This document shows, piece by piece, positions 1 through 8,902 of a stretch of DNA of 64,000 nt. The notes under the pieces are model-generated. The model had not been told where the DNA came from, did not search any database, and was given only the letters and a program-made list of their open reading frames with translations. The stretch is from positions 437,549 through 501,548 of the forward strand of contig CAVRKE010000001.1 of NCBI GenBank assembly GCA_963722305.1. Direction: 5' to 3'. Every line of letters begins with the position of its first letter. Positions within the stretch are counted from its first letter, which is position 1. Source of the DNA: Candidatus Levyibacteriota bacterium. GTDB lineage: Bacteria > Patescibacteriota > Microgenomatia > Levybacterales > UBA12049. The translations under genes were made by a program, and so were the position numbers.

Positions 1-579
1 ACCTAACAGCCCTTGATAGAAAGTGGCTCTTGGCACACCGCCTTTATCCGGCGATGCTACCACCAGATTTTCCAAATGTTTCTTTTTAATAGCCGGAATT
101 AATGAATAACTGGCGTAAACATTGTCCCAGGGACGCTGGATAAAACCCTCTTCTTGTTCTGCGTGAATATCCAAAGTTAAAATTCTGTCAGCCCCGGTGT
201 GTTCGATTAAGGAAGCAATAACTGCGGAACTGATTGGTACTCTGGCCATTTCTTTTCTATCCTGCCTCGAATAGCCGAAATATGGCATGACGACAATTAC
301 CTCGCTTGAGGAAGCCCTTTTGGCCGCATCAATCATTAACAAAAGCTCAACGATGTGGTCGTTAACCGGCGGACAAGTTGGTTGGATGATAAAGACGTGG
401 CGTCTCCTCAGATTTGGGGCGATTTTAATTCTGATTTCTCCGTCGGCAAAAACGCTGACCGGATTGTTAATAGGTGATTTTAAAAGTTTAGCAATCTTTT
501 TCGCCAAGGGTTCGTTTGCACGACCCGTCAGAAGCACAAAATCCGTAGGGACCGAATTGTTTATCTGTGTGTTTACCAT
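1..579 (-). CDS. prs: Ribose-phosphate pyrophosphokinase (PRPP synthetase); 3' end lies beyond the window start
   Basis: My minus-strand translation from the ATG at 579: MVNTQINNSVPTDFVLLTGRANEPLAKKIAKLL...FADGEIRIKIAPNLRRRHVFIIQPTCPPVNDHIVELLLMIDAAKRASSSEVIVVMPYFGYSRQDRKE...SPDKGGVPRA. This matches the canonical Prs N-terminus and PRPP-binding motifs. The supplied + strand ORF 287..595 is the spurious opposite strand. Confidence 0.8.
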   Translation of the reverse strand, partial: MVNTQINNSVPTDFVLLTGRANEPLAKKIAKLLKSPINNPVSVFADGEIRIKIAPNLRRRHVFIIQPTCPPVNDHIVELLLMIDAAKRASSSEVIVVMPYFGYSRQDRKEMARVPISSAVIASLIEHTGADRILTLDIHAEQEEGFIQRPWDNVYASYSLIPAIKKKHLENLVVASPDKGGVPRATFYQGLLG

Positions 580-640
580 CAGAGTAACGTTTTGATATTA
601 CCAGGAATTGTCTTGATAATCAAGTTTTATTTAAACACGA

Positions 641-928
641 TTACTGCCCGCCGCCGCCCAAAAGCCCGGAAAGACCGCCTTGCATTGAGGCCAATTTTTT
701 GGCTGCAACTTCCTGAGATTTTTTAACCGCTTCATTGACCGCCTCTTTGACATCGTTGTCCGACCGACCGTTAACTTTAATTTCTTTGATTTTTTGGTCG
801 CCGGTAATCACAATTTGGACCCCGTTTTTATCAACGCTGACTTCTTCGGCCTGTAATTCTCTTTGGATTTGCATTGCCTGGTCGCGCATTTTTTTTAGTT
901 CTCCCAGTTGAGAAAATGGATTATTCAT
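641..928 (-). CDS. ybaB: YbaB/EbfC nucleoid-associated DNA-binding protein
   Basis: 95 aa with the typical YbaB sequence (MNNPFSQLGELKKMRDQAMQIQRELQ...) and a Gly-rich tail. Lies immediately downstream of dnaX, as in most bacteria. Confidence 0.85.
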   Translation of the reverse strand: MNNPFSQLGELKKMRDQAMQIQRELQAEEVSVDKNGVQIVITGDQKIKEIKVNGRSDNDVKEAVNEAVKKSQEVAAKKLASMQGGLSGLLGGGGQ

Positions 929-2431
929 TCATTTATCACCTCCTAGTGACACAGTTACGCTGACTTCTTTTCCGAATACTTTTGTTGCCGCTTCCTCCAA
1001 GAGCTTCAGATTTTTTGCTTCTTCCAATTTTTCTTTGTGGAAGTTTGACTTGGCAATAATCTTCAATTTGTTTTTTTGAATTTCATCCGCCGAGCAGCTC
1101 CGTAGCACTCCGGCAACAAGATGATTTTGAAGTTTCACTTCATTGATCAATTTTGTAAAAAAATTATTTGTTAAAACTTGATGTGAAGCGCGGGGAGATA
1201 CAAAATTTTCGTTGCTTTCATTATCTAAAATATGAGGGGTGACGCCGGAGGAAGAGCTCCCGGCAGCGCGGACTTCGTTCGCAGCGCCAGCAAGACTAGA
1301 AGGAGCACTGACGGGAAGGAAACCGGCGGCAGGACCCCGTCCTTGACCTTCTTTCTCTCCCCACTCCAGAATTGCCAACTCCAAAGGCATCTGTGGTAAA
1401 ACCGCGGTTTTTGTTTCCTGGTAAGCCACTGTTAAGATTTCAAACAACTGTTGTATCTCCAAAAGACTGAATTGAAAACTTCCCTCTTTTTTCTCCACCC
1501 CAACCTCTTGCAAAAGCAACAGATGTAACCTTTCCACCAGCTGCTCGATAAAGAATTTAAAATCCATTCCCTGCTTGACTAATTCTTTGCAAATCGTGAG
1601 CCCTTTTTTGACGTCTTTTTGCACCAAAGCGTCAAGCATTGCCGCCAAATTTTCCGAAATGCCCAAAGTATTAAACTTTTCATTCACCAAATCTGCCGTA
1701 ACGGTCTTTCTGCCGGCAAAAACCGCTACTTCTTCCAAGATTTTTGTCGCATCCCTAAAACTACCGTCGGCAATTTTGGCAATCTCCAAAAGCGCCTCTT
1801 TGTCGGCTTTTATTCCTTCCGCTTTCGTAATCCTTTGCATTGACCGAACTAATTCTTCGGCAGTGGCCCGGGTGAAATTTATCCTAAAGCAGCGAGAAGC
1901 AATCGTGGCCGGAACTTTATGTGGTTCGGTGGTACAAAGAATAAACAGCGCATGGCTGGGCGGCTCTTCCAAAGTTTTTAGAAGCGCATTGAACGCTTCG
2001 GTTGTCAACATGTGCACTTCATCAATAATGTAAACTTTTTTGCTGGCTTTGAACGGCGCCAGCTTAATTTTTTCTCGTAAATCCCTGATTTCATCAATGC
2101 CTCTGTTTGACGCTCCGTCAATTTCTAAAACATCCAAATTGTTTCCGTTGGCAATCGATAAACACTGTTCGCATTTATTGCACGGCTCAATCTCTTTTTC
2201 TGTCCGTTGCCCTTTTAAAGCTTTGTGTTTTTCGCAGTTTATAACCTTGGCGATAATTCTGGCGGTTGAGGTTTTTCCCAAACCTTTCGGTCCCGTGAAT
2301 AAAAAGGCATGGGCAAAACCGCCCTTGGAAAAAATTGAATAAAGATTACTCCTTACTTCCTCATTGTCCAGTTCTTCTATTTTTTGGGGCCTATACTTTC
2401 TGTAAAAAACCATAATGTCACTTCGCTCCAA
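929..2431 (-). CDS. dnaX: DNA polymerase III subunit gamma/tau; contains an in-frame MITE-like insertion
   Basis: Walker A in the context FTGPKGLGKTSTARIIAKVIN, the Cys zinc module CNKCEQC, and an AAA+ clamp-loader core. The linker region carries a 51-codon insertion ending ...NESNENFVSPRA, encoded by repeat copy 1188..1340. Confidence 0.9.
   Translation of the reverse strand: MERSDIMVFYRKYRPQKIEELDNEEVRSNLYSIFSKGGFAHAFLFTGPKGLGKTSTARIIAKVINCEKHKALKGQRTEKEIEPCNKCEQCLSIANGNNLDVLEIDGASNRGIDEIRDLREKIKLAPFKASKKVYIIDEVHMLTTEAFNALLKTLEEPPSHALFILCTTEPHKVPATIASRCFRINFTRATAEELVRSMQRITKAEGIKADKEALLEIAKIADGSFRDATKILEEVAVFAGRKTVTADLVNEKFNTLGISENLAAMLDALVQKDVKKGLTICKELVKQGMDFKFFIEQLVERLHLLLLQEVGVEKKEGSFQFSLLEIQQLFEILTVAYQETKTAVLPQMPLELAILEWGEKEGQGRGPAAGFLPVSAPSSLAGAANEVRAAGSSSSGVTPHILDNESNENFVSPRASHQVLTNNFFTKLINEVKLQNHLVAGVLRSCSADEIQKNKLKIIAKSNFHKEKLEEAKNLKLLEEAATKVFGKEVSVTVSLGGDK
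1188..1340. repeat. MITE-like dispersed repeat, copy A; in-frame inside dnaX
   Basis: Begins GCGCGGGGAGATACAAAATTTTCG. About 150 bp are near-identical to copy B (9643..9780), including ...GGGGTGACGCCGGAGGAAGAGCTCCCGGCAGCGCG...CAGGACCCCG. Confidence 0.7.
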
Positions 2432-2530
2432 TTTTCAATTCACAATTTTTAATTTTCAATACTCTAATTTTTAATAATTTAGATTTAGGATTTGATTAGA
2501 AATTAAGAATTAGAAATCAGAAATTTTTTA
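2430..2530. repeat. AT-rich short-period intergenic repeat tract of the TTAGAAAT/TTAGGAAT type
   Basis: caattttcaattcacaatttttaattttcaat...gatttaggatttgattagaaattaagaattagaaatcagaaatt; period about 7-8 bp. The same motif family recurs in many spacers. Confidence 0.5.
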
Positions 2531-2917
2531 TTATTCATGATGCAATCCCAGTAAGTGCATCAAACCGTGCTCGACCAGCTGGTCTACTTTATCGTCGACC
2601 AACATTTCGTCCCTTACCGCATCATTAATGACTTGCGGATAAGAAAGGACAATGTCACCAAGTCTTAAAAAATTATTCGGCATTTTGAGCGTCTCCCCTT
2701 CGGTTTGCGAAAACGATAAAATGTTTCTGGTTTTATCTTCGCCCTTATATTTTTTAGAGAGTTCGCGCATTTTCCGGTCTCCGACAATGGCCACCGAAAC
2801 TTCAACTGCTCCGCCTATCTCATTTTTATCAAGCACGTTTTTGATAACTTGTTTGATGCGTTTCCGGCTGACTTTATACCTGCTTTCCACAAAAATTAAA
2901 ACCGAAATTCTATCCAT
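2531..2917 (-). CDS. ybeY: rRNA maturation RNase YbeY
   Basis: 128 aa ending with the His triad EHGLMHLLGLHHE (H3xH5xH zinc site), with a matching size. Confidence 0.8.
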   Translation of the reverse strand: MDRISVLIFVESRYKVSRKRIKQVIKNVLDKNEIGGAVEVSVAIVGDRKMRELSKKYKGEDKTRNILSFSQTEGETLKMPNNFLRLGDIVLSYPQVINDAVRDEMLVDDKVDQLVEHGLMHLLGLHHE

Positions 2918-2929
2918 ATGTTATTTTCT

Positions 2930-3115
2930 TTAAGCGTTAGACATCCTCTTGGCTCTTCTTGCATCCTCGGCTTTTTGCTTGCGGGCCAGTGATGGCTTCA
3001 AATAAAACTCCCGCCTTTTTGCCTCCTGAAGAATCCCTTCGGACATTACCTTTCGGGAAAACTTGCGGATAAGTGCATCGTCGCTATCTCCCGGCTGTTT
3101 TTTAACTACTACCAT
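2930..3115 (-). CDS. rpsU: 30S ribosomal protein S21
   Basis: 61 aa basic protein (...IRKFSRKVMSEGILQEAKRREFYLKPSLARKQK...) matching the S21 consensus. Confidence 0.85.
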   Translation of the reverse strand: MVVVKKQPGDSDDALIRKFSRKVMSEGILQEAKRREFYLKPSLARKQKAEDARRAKRMSNA

Positions 3116-3120
3116 AAAAT

Positions 3121-3204
3121 AAAAACACCTCCTTCGATTAATTATTCATTACAAATGATAAATGATTAATCTGTCTTAATTAATCACTAATCATTAATCC
3201 TTAA
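3121..3204. repeat. AT-rich short-period repeat tract (TAATCAC/TAATCAT, 7-mer period)
   Basis: aatgataaatgattaatctgtcttaattaatcactaatcattaatccttaatcattc. A very similar tract lies at 4478..4540. Confidence 0.5.
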
Positions 3205-3531
3205 TCATTCCGTCTGGGATATCGGTCCCATTAAATGGAAATGCACGTGTCTGACAATCTGCGCGCCCCCACCATTTACCGAAACCCGATAGCCTTTTCC
3301 GTCTTCCAGTTTCTTTTCCACAATCATTTCGTTAAGGATGAGTTTAACTTTAGCGGCCAAATCGGAATCGTTAAATTCCAAATAGTCTTCAATGTGTTTT
3401 TTGGGTACCACCAGAAGGTGAATCGGTTTAAATGGACGGATGTCCGGAAAAACCATCACTTCGTCATCTTCGTAAGTAAACTCTTTGGGAATTACTCTGT
3501 CTCTTATTTTGCAAAAAACACAATCCGGCAT
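3205..3531 (-). CDS. HIT-family (histidine triad) nucleotide hydrolase
   Basis: Histidine triad HVHFHLM near the C-terminus; 108 aa. Confidence 0.8.
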   Translation of the reverse strand: MPDCVFCKIRDRVIPKEFTYEDDEVMVFPDIRPFKPIHLLVVPKKHIEDYLEFNDSDLAAKVKLILNEMIVEKKLEDGKGYRVSVNGGGAQIVRHVHFHLMGPISQTE

Positions 3532-3556
3532 AATTTTGAATTATAAATTTTGAATT

Positions 3557-4459
3557 TTAAATTGTTTTAAGTACCTCTATTATAACACTCAACGGCAATT
3601 TGGTCGGCTTCATTTTGGGATTTTTTGGACTGCCGTTTAACAGCATCTTTCGTGAGACATGCAAAAACCAGGTGGCCTGCGGATCCATTTTGCTCAGTTT
3701 TTCCGAGACTAGGCTTAAATCAACACCTTTATCTTCATCGCTTCTATTTGGCCTGGCTTTAATGCGCAAGTAGCCTTTTCGCGGGTCACGTCTGACTACC
3801 ACCACGTATCCCATCATCTGGGCCAGTTTGACGACCGAATCATTGATGCTTTCAATCCCCAAGCCTTTCCCCCATCTGGTCTTAAACTCAATTCCCTTTT
3901 CCTTAATTTCTTTTTCCGCCCAAATTTTATTTTCAAAATCGTGCAACAGCGCATCCAAACACTGGGAAATAAAATCTACATAATACTGGTCGCTGTTTGG
4001 CCTTTGCAATTTTAATCCATCCAAAATATTTACAACTGAGAAATCATGATAGTCTGCCAATGGTTCGCTTCTAAAGATTTCCTGAAAATGGTCAACTGCC
4101 AAAACGTAATTGACCATTCTTTGCAGGGCTTCCAGTCTTTCCGGATTAACCGAAGGCTGATGTGCCATCAGGTCTTTTTTAACAAAATCAAAAGTCAGGG
4201 TGGTTCCGCAAACTTTAATACTTTGGGTTTGATGATGGTCCAAGGGTCCCATTCCGGTATCAACTTGCATATATTCATCTTCCCCGTGTTTTTCAATAGC
4301 AAAATCTTCAGTCTGGCCTTTTGGTAACGGGCCGATGCGCTCTCCCGCAGGAACAAATTTAACTTCGGCATCTTCCCAGCCGGTTAAAAATTTTTTAATC
4401 AGCCAGACAGAGGTGATGGCGTCCATGTCCGGTGATGTATGTGTAACTACGTATCTCAT
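3557..4459 (-). CDS. DHH-family phosphoesterase (NrnA-like nanoRNase/pAp phosphatase)
   Basis: N-terminal HTSPDMDAITS and the GPLDHHQ (DHH) motif; ~300 aa with a DHHA1-like C-terminus. Confidence 0.65.
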   Translation of the reverse strand: MRYVVTHTSPDMDAITSVWLIKKFLTGWEDAEVKFVPAGERIGPLPKGQTEDFAIEKHGEDEYMQVDTGMGPLDHHQTQSIKVCGTTLTFDFVKKDLMAHQPSVNPERLEALQRMVNYVLAVDHFQEIFRSEPLADYHDFSVVNILDGLKLQRPNSDQYYVDFISQCLDALLHDFENKIWAEKEIKEKGIEFKTRWGKGLGIESINDSVVKLAQMMGYVVVVRRDPRKGYLRIKARPNRSDEDKGVDLSLVSEKLSKMDPQATWFLHVSRKMLLNGSPKNPKMKPTKLPLSVIIEVLKTI

Positions 4460-4477
4460 GATTTACGATTTATGATT

Positions 4478-4540
4478 TAAGGTTTATGAAGTTTTCATTA
4501 ATCACTAATCCTTAATCATTAATCCTTTCGCTATTGTACC
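4478..4540. repeat. AT-rich short-period repeat tract (TAATCAC/TAATCCT)
   Basis: ttcattaatcactaatccttaatcattaatcctttcg; same flavour as 3121..3204. Confidence 0.45.
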
Positions 4541-4565
4541 TTTTCTGGGCTTCAAAAAAAAGTGC

Positions 4566-5318
4566 CTAAACCATACTCCAAGATAACTCAAAAACTGCTT
4601 TTTGCGCCGAAGACAGCGGTTCGCTTTGGATTATCACACCAATAATGTCTTTTTTATAATCGAGCATGGCGATTTTGTCGTCATAGATATAAGTCTCCGG
4701 ACTAAAACTCCTATTTTTGGGCAGCAGCCTAGTCTCCCTTAGACTTCCCTTGTCCGTAGATTGCAAAAGTCTACCTTTCTTATTGTTCACTGCCAGAACC
4801 CGAATGAAAATTCCTTTTCTCTTTCTAATTTCGATGAACTGGTTATGAAACTGTTTGGAAAAAAAATTATTTTCCGTTTCCTGGTTTGTCCAAAGCAGTA
4901 TTTCTTTTTTGGCGCTTAAGATATCTTTCTCAACTGCCGAAAGACCATTAATTCCCTCAAAAACCCGCACCTTCGGCCGCACATCCGAAGCGTTGTATAC
5001 TGCCTGTAAATCGGCCAATTTTTCCTTTAATTCAAGCTCCTGCCGCCCGATTGCCCTTTGTTTGGCCGAAAGCATCCTTAAAAGTGTTTTTGGCTCGACT
5101 GTCACTATTTTCTTTTTATAATGATGTAAATCTTCTTCAATCAGTTGTTTTTGCAGTAAGGTTTCCGCTATTAAGTAAGCGGTGGAACGCCTGATCCTGG
5201 CTTTTCTGGCTATTTCGTTAATTGTGGCAGGCCCGATTTTAAAACAAATCAGAAAAAATTTGCTTTCTTTAGCCGATAATCCAAATTGGCTTAATGAATC
5301 TTGTATTAGTTTATCCAT
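4566..5318 (-). CDS. TrmB-family HTH transcriptional regulator
   Basis: N-terminal winged-HTH (LSAKESKFFLICFKIGPATINEIARKARIRRSTAYLIAETL) followed by a coiled coil and a C-terminal domain. This architecture is typical of TrmB-like regulators. Confidence 0.5.
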   Translation of the reverse strand: MDKLIQDSLSQFGLSAKESKFFLICFKIGPATINEIARKARIRRSTAYLIAETLLQKQLIEEDLHHYKKKIVTVEPKTLLRMLSAKQRAIGRQELELKEKLADLQAVYNASDVRPKVRVFEGINGLSAVEKDILSAKKEILLWTNQETENNFFSKQFHNQFIEIRKRKGIFIRVLAVNNKKGRLLQSTDKGSLRETRLLPKNRSFSPETYIYDDKIAMLDYKKDIIGVIIQSEPLSSAQKAVFELSWSMV

Positions 5319-5466
5319 AGTAAGTAGACGTATTATAACCTTAATTTAAGCTCATGTCTAATAAAATTGGAATAATTGTTACTTGTAGCTGACTTAAGCC
5401 TGAACCACTCTTGCTTATTCTCAAGTTTTGACTAATCAAAAACAATCAGCTAAACTTTAACAGCAG

Positions 5467-6360
5467 ATGAAAATTTTAGTTATCACCGGCGGCGATTCTT
5501 CGGAAAGAGAAATTTCTTTGCTTTCGGCAAATGAAGTCAAAAATGCACTGTTAAAAGATAAATATGAAGTTGAACTTTACGACCTACGACAAGGTTACGA
5601 ACCGCTAAAGAAAATAGGCAAAGAATTTGATGTCCTCTTCCCTGTTCTGCACGGAGAGGAAGGCGAAGGTGGAATGCTGCATGAATTTTTGGCTAAGCTG
5701 AACAAGCCCGTTGTTGGCAGTAAAAATTATCAGGGTTTCAGAAATGCCTGGTATAAAATTCCGCTGAAAAAGTTTTGTGATGCAAATAATATTTTGACTC
5801 CGCCATGGCAGCTTATCGAAAAACCGGAAGATATAATTGGTTTCGGCTTTCCCTGTGTTGCCAAAACCTCCAGCGGCGGCTCATCAAGGGAGGTATTTAT
5901 TTTAAAATCCAAAGCGGATTTAGACAAAAACAGTCAGGAAATTTTCCAATATCAAGATTTGTTTGTCGAAAAATATATTCCGGGTACGGAAGTAACGGTT
6001 GGAATTTTCAACGATAAAGCTTTACCGGTGATTGAGATTATTCCGCCAAACGGAGGCTGGTTTGATTATAAAAATAAGTATTCGGGAGAAACACAAGAAA
6101 TTCTTAACGCTCCGTCTTTAAGCGAAGACGTCAGAAGAAAAATTCAGGAAATTGCCTTGCGGTTACACCGTCATTTCGAGCTTGGTTCATATTCCAGAAT
6201 TGATTTTATGGTGGACGAAAACGGTAATCCGTATGTGATGGACATAAACACTATTCCCGGGCTAACCAGCACCAGCTTATTGCCAAAAGAAACCGGCATG
6301 CCTTTTGGGCAGTTCGTTAACCTCTTGGTTAAACTTTCCCTTGACAACAATCCTGATTAA
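5467..6360 (+). CDS. ddl: D-alanine--D-alanine ligase
   Basis: N-terminal KILVITGGDSSEREISLLSA and ATP-grasp core motifs (VLHGEEGEGG, FVEKYIPGTEVTVG, RIDFMVDENGNPYVMDINTIPG). Confidence 0.85.
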   Translation: MKILVITGGDSSEREISLLSANEVKNALLKDKYEVELYDLRQGYEPLKKIGKEFDVLFPVLHGEEGEGGMLHEFLAKLNKPVVGSKNYQGFRNAWYKIPLKKFCDANNILTPPWQLIEKPEDIIGFGFPCVAKTSSGGSSREVFILKSKADLDKNSQEIFQYQDLFVEKYIPGTEVTVGIFNDKALPVIEIIPPNGGWFDYKNKYSGETQEILNAPSLSEDVRRKIQEIALRLHRHFELGSYSRIDFMVDENGNPYVMDINTIPGLTSTSLLPKETGMPFGQFVNLLVKLSLDNNPD

Positions 6361-6386
6361 AGGGATATAATAATTGTAGCTGCCCT

Positions 6387-6785
6387 ATGAATCCTAAAAG
6401 CATTAACGATTTGGACCCAAAACTCAAAGAAACTTATGAAAGAGTCATGGGAACTTCTTTTAGTCCTCGTTCTGCTCCTCCCCAGCGTCCTCTACAAACA
6501 ACCGTTGTCCAGCAGACCGAAACAATTTCTCCCCAACCGTTAACGCCTGCCCAAACAATTCCCCAACAACCGGTTGCCAGCGGTCCGGAGATGGTTGCTT
6601 CTCCACAAGGACCAAAAATGGGAGATCCGTTTACAGAGGTTGAGGCACCTCCGGCGACCATCTTAATCAAAGCCACTAAAACCCAAAAAAAACTGCCCTT
6701 GATGCCAATATTTGTGTTCGTTGGAGGCGTAATTTTCTTTATTGTTTATGCGCTAGTGTGGGCTAAGGTTTTCGGACTTTTTTAG
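6387..6785 (+). CDS. Hypothetical Pro/Gln-rich protein with a C-terminal transmembrane anchor
   Basis: Low-complexity PQ-rich segment, then a hydrophobic tail IFVFVGGVIFFIVYALVWA. No recognisable catalytic motif. Confidence 0.35.
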   Translation: MNPKSINDLDPKLKETYERVMGTSFSPRSAPPQRPLQTTVVQQTETISPQPLTPAQTIPQQPVASGPEMVASPQGPKMGDPFTEVEAPPATILIKATKTQKKLPLMPIFVFVGGVIFFIVYALVWAKVFGLF

Positions 6786-8050
6786 GCTTTGAGCTTTTTT
6801 AAAACTGCATCAAAAGAAAGCATCTCTATCTTATCGCTTGCTCTTTCTTTCCATTCAATCTTATCCCCAGCTTCTTGCCCTGAACCTTGCTGAAGGGTTT
6901 TTGGACTAACCACCAAGCGAACCGGAATGCCGATTAAATCCGCATCGGCAAATTTTTGCCCGGGAGGAGCCTCTCTGTCGTCATACAAAACTTCAATACC
7001 GGCTTTTTCTAAATTTTGATAAATTTCATCCGCTTTTTGATTACTTTGAATTGAAATTAAATGAGCTGAATATGGCGCTACGCTTTTCGGCCAGATGATG
7101 CCCTTGTCGTCATGGAAAAGCTCAACCAGCGTTCCGATCATGCGCGTAATCCCGATGCCGTATGCGCCGAAATGGACCAATTTCCTAGCTCCGTCTTTAT
7201 CGGTGTAATAAACGCCCATTTTCTGTGAATAAACTGTCCCGTACTTAAAGATGTTACCAACCTCAATCGCTTTCGCTTCCTTAACTATGCAATCCTTGCA
7301 ATCAGGGCATTTATCGCCCGCTTTGACAGTGGCAATTTCTTTATTCTCGGCAAACTTACAGTCGCACGAGCTTTTGCAGTCGCAATAGAAAATTGTATCT
7401 TCACCCTGATCGCAAAGCACTTGGAATTCATGGGTATGCGAGTCTGTGAATACTCCGCCGGCTGCTTCAACTATTTTGACTGCAAAACCCAAGCGCCTAA
7501 AGATTTTGATATAAGCATCCGCCACTTCCCAATAATATTTATCTAAACCTTCGGCCGTGGTATGAGCGCTATATAAATCCTTCATTAAAAATTCCCGGCC
7601 CCTTAAAATTCCCGACTTAGCCCGTGGTTCGTCCCTGAATTTGGTGGAAAAATGGTAAACCCTTACCGGCAAATCCTTGTAGCCTGAAATTTTTCTGCGG
7701 ATAATATCTAAAACAATTTCTTCATGCGTAAATGAGAGCGCGTATTCCTTATTATCTATTTTAAACTGGTACATAACACTGCGGGCGCTGTCCCAACGGC
7801 CGGTTTCGTTCCAGATTTCTTTGGGATGCAGCAAAGGCATTAACATTTCGTTGGCGCCGGTTGCATCCATTTCTTCCCTGATAATTTGTTCGATTTTTTC
7901 TTTGACCCTATATCCCAATGGCAAAAGCGTAAATGAACCGGCCATCAGTTTGTCGATGAAACCCGCCTTGATAAGAAGTTTGGCATTAGTGGAAACTTCC
8001 TCTTTTGGGAAATCGCGGACAGTTTTACCGAATAATTTCGAATATCTCAT
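6782..8050 (-). CDS. proS: Proline--tRNA ligase, bacterial-type core without the INS editing domain; carries a Cys-rich insertion
   Basis: LLIKAGFIDKLMAGSFTLLPLGYRV...FTHEEIV...TKFRDEPRAKSGILRGREFLMKD...HTHEFQVL matches ProRS class II motifs. It is only 422 aa, and the insert CDCKSSCDCKFAENKEIATVKAGDKCPDCKDC has four Cys pairs where the editing domain would sit. Confidence 0.85.
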   Translation of the reverse strand: MRYSKLFGKTVRDFPKEEVSTNAKLLIKAGFIDKLMAGSFTLLPLGYRVKEKIEQIIREEMDATGANEMLMPLLHPKEIWNETGRWDSARSVMYQFKIDNKEYALSFTHEEIVLDIIRRKISGYKDLPVRVYHFSTKFRDEPRAKSGILRGREFLMKDLYSAHTTAEGLDKYYWEVADAYIKIFRRLGFAVKIVEAAGGVFTDSHTHEFQVLCDQGEDTIFYCDCKSSCDCKFAENKEIATVKAGDKCPDCKDCIVKEAKAIEVGNIFKYGTVYSQKMGVYYTDKDGARKLVHFGAYGIGITRMIGTLVELFHDDKGIIWPKSVAPYSAHLISIQSNQKADEIYQNLEKAGIEVLYDDREAPPGQKFADADLIGIPVRLVVSPKTLQQGSGQEAGDKIEWKERASDKIEMLSFDAVLKKLKA

Positions 8051-8083
8051 TTCCTAAAGTATAGCATTTTTAAAATACTATAA

Positions 8084-8902
8084 CTAGGAGATAGCTTTGA
8101 CAAATTTTTTAATCAGTTTTGCGTTTCCGGCAATTACCTGCTTTGAAGTAAAATCAACTTTTTCTCCGTTATGATTAGCAATCATTCCTCCGGCTTCCTC
8201 AACAATTAGAAATCCGGCGGCGTTATCCCACGGTTTTAGATTGCGATTTAGATATAAATCCGCTCTCCCTGCCGCAACGTCGCACAGCGCCAATACAGCA
8301 CTCCCCATTAACATAAGCCAGGGAGTTTGCGGCAACTTCAGTATTGTTTCCAAATTAAGTCTCGTTCCTTTTGGATCGTAGTTATTGTCTGTATAAATAG
8401 TTGCTTTTGCAATCTCCGTCTGATTACTGACGTGAATTTTCTTGTCATCAACAAACGCTCCTTTTCCTTTTTCGGCATGAAAAAATTCATTTCTGAAGGG
8501 ATTTAAAATCATGCCCACCTGTAATTCGCCTCTCTCAACATAAGCAAGCGAAATTCCGGAAAAATTTCTTTCATATCTAAAATTGACAGTTCCGTCAATC
8601 GGATCCATTACCCATAAGCGGTCAACCGATAGCAGGTCTTTAGTGCCCGACTTTGTCTCTTCCGACAAAATTGCGTGTCCCGGAAAATTTTCTTGAATTG
8701 TTTTTTTAAGTATTTTTTCGACTTCTAAATCTGTGGCGGTAACAAAATTTAATCTTCCCTCATGTTTAGCAACGATTCCTTTTGTCGGATCGGCATTTCT
8801 GACAACTTTTCCGGCTGCAAATATTGCGTCTTTTATCGGTTGCAAATTCATGTGTTTATTATAACACTCTCTACCCTTTAACCTCGTGGCCGCCGAAGAC
8901 AT
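8084..8902 (-). CDS. suhB: Inositol monophosphatase-family protein (SuhB/IMPase)
   Basis: Metal-binding motifs WVMDPIDGTVNF and ...GSAVLALCDVAAGRADLY. Confidence 0.8.
   Translation of the reverse strand: MSSAATRLKGRECYNKHMNLQPIKDAIFAAGKVVRNADPTKGIVAKHEGRLNFVTATDLEVEKILKKTIQENFPGHAILSEETKSGTKDLLSVDRLWVMDPIDGTVNFRYERNFSGISLAYVERGELQVGMILNPFRNEFFHAEKGKGAFVDDKKIHVSNQTEIAKATIYTDNNYDPKGTRLNLETILKLPQTPWLMLMGSAVLALCDVAAGRADLYLNRNLKPWDNAAGFLIVEEAGGMIANHNGEKVDFTSKQVIAGNAKLIKKFVKAIS

Noticed and set aside
287-595. + strand 102-aa ORF from the track
   Set aside because: The opposite strand encodes an unmistakable PRPP synthetase N-terminus (prs, 1..579), so the + ORF is a shadow frame.
1575-2342. Three + strand ORFs (152, 74 and 100 aa) inside dnaX
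   Set aside because: They are antisense to a well-supported gene and have no recognisable motifs; typical shadow ORFs.
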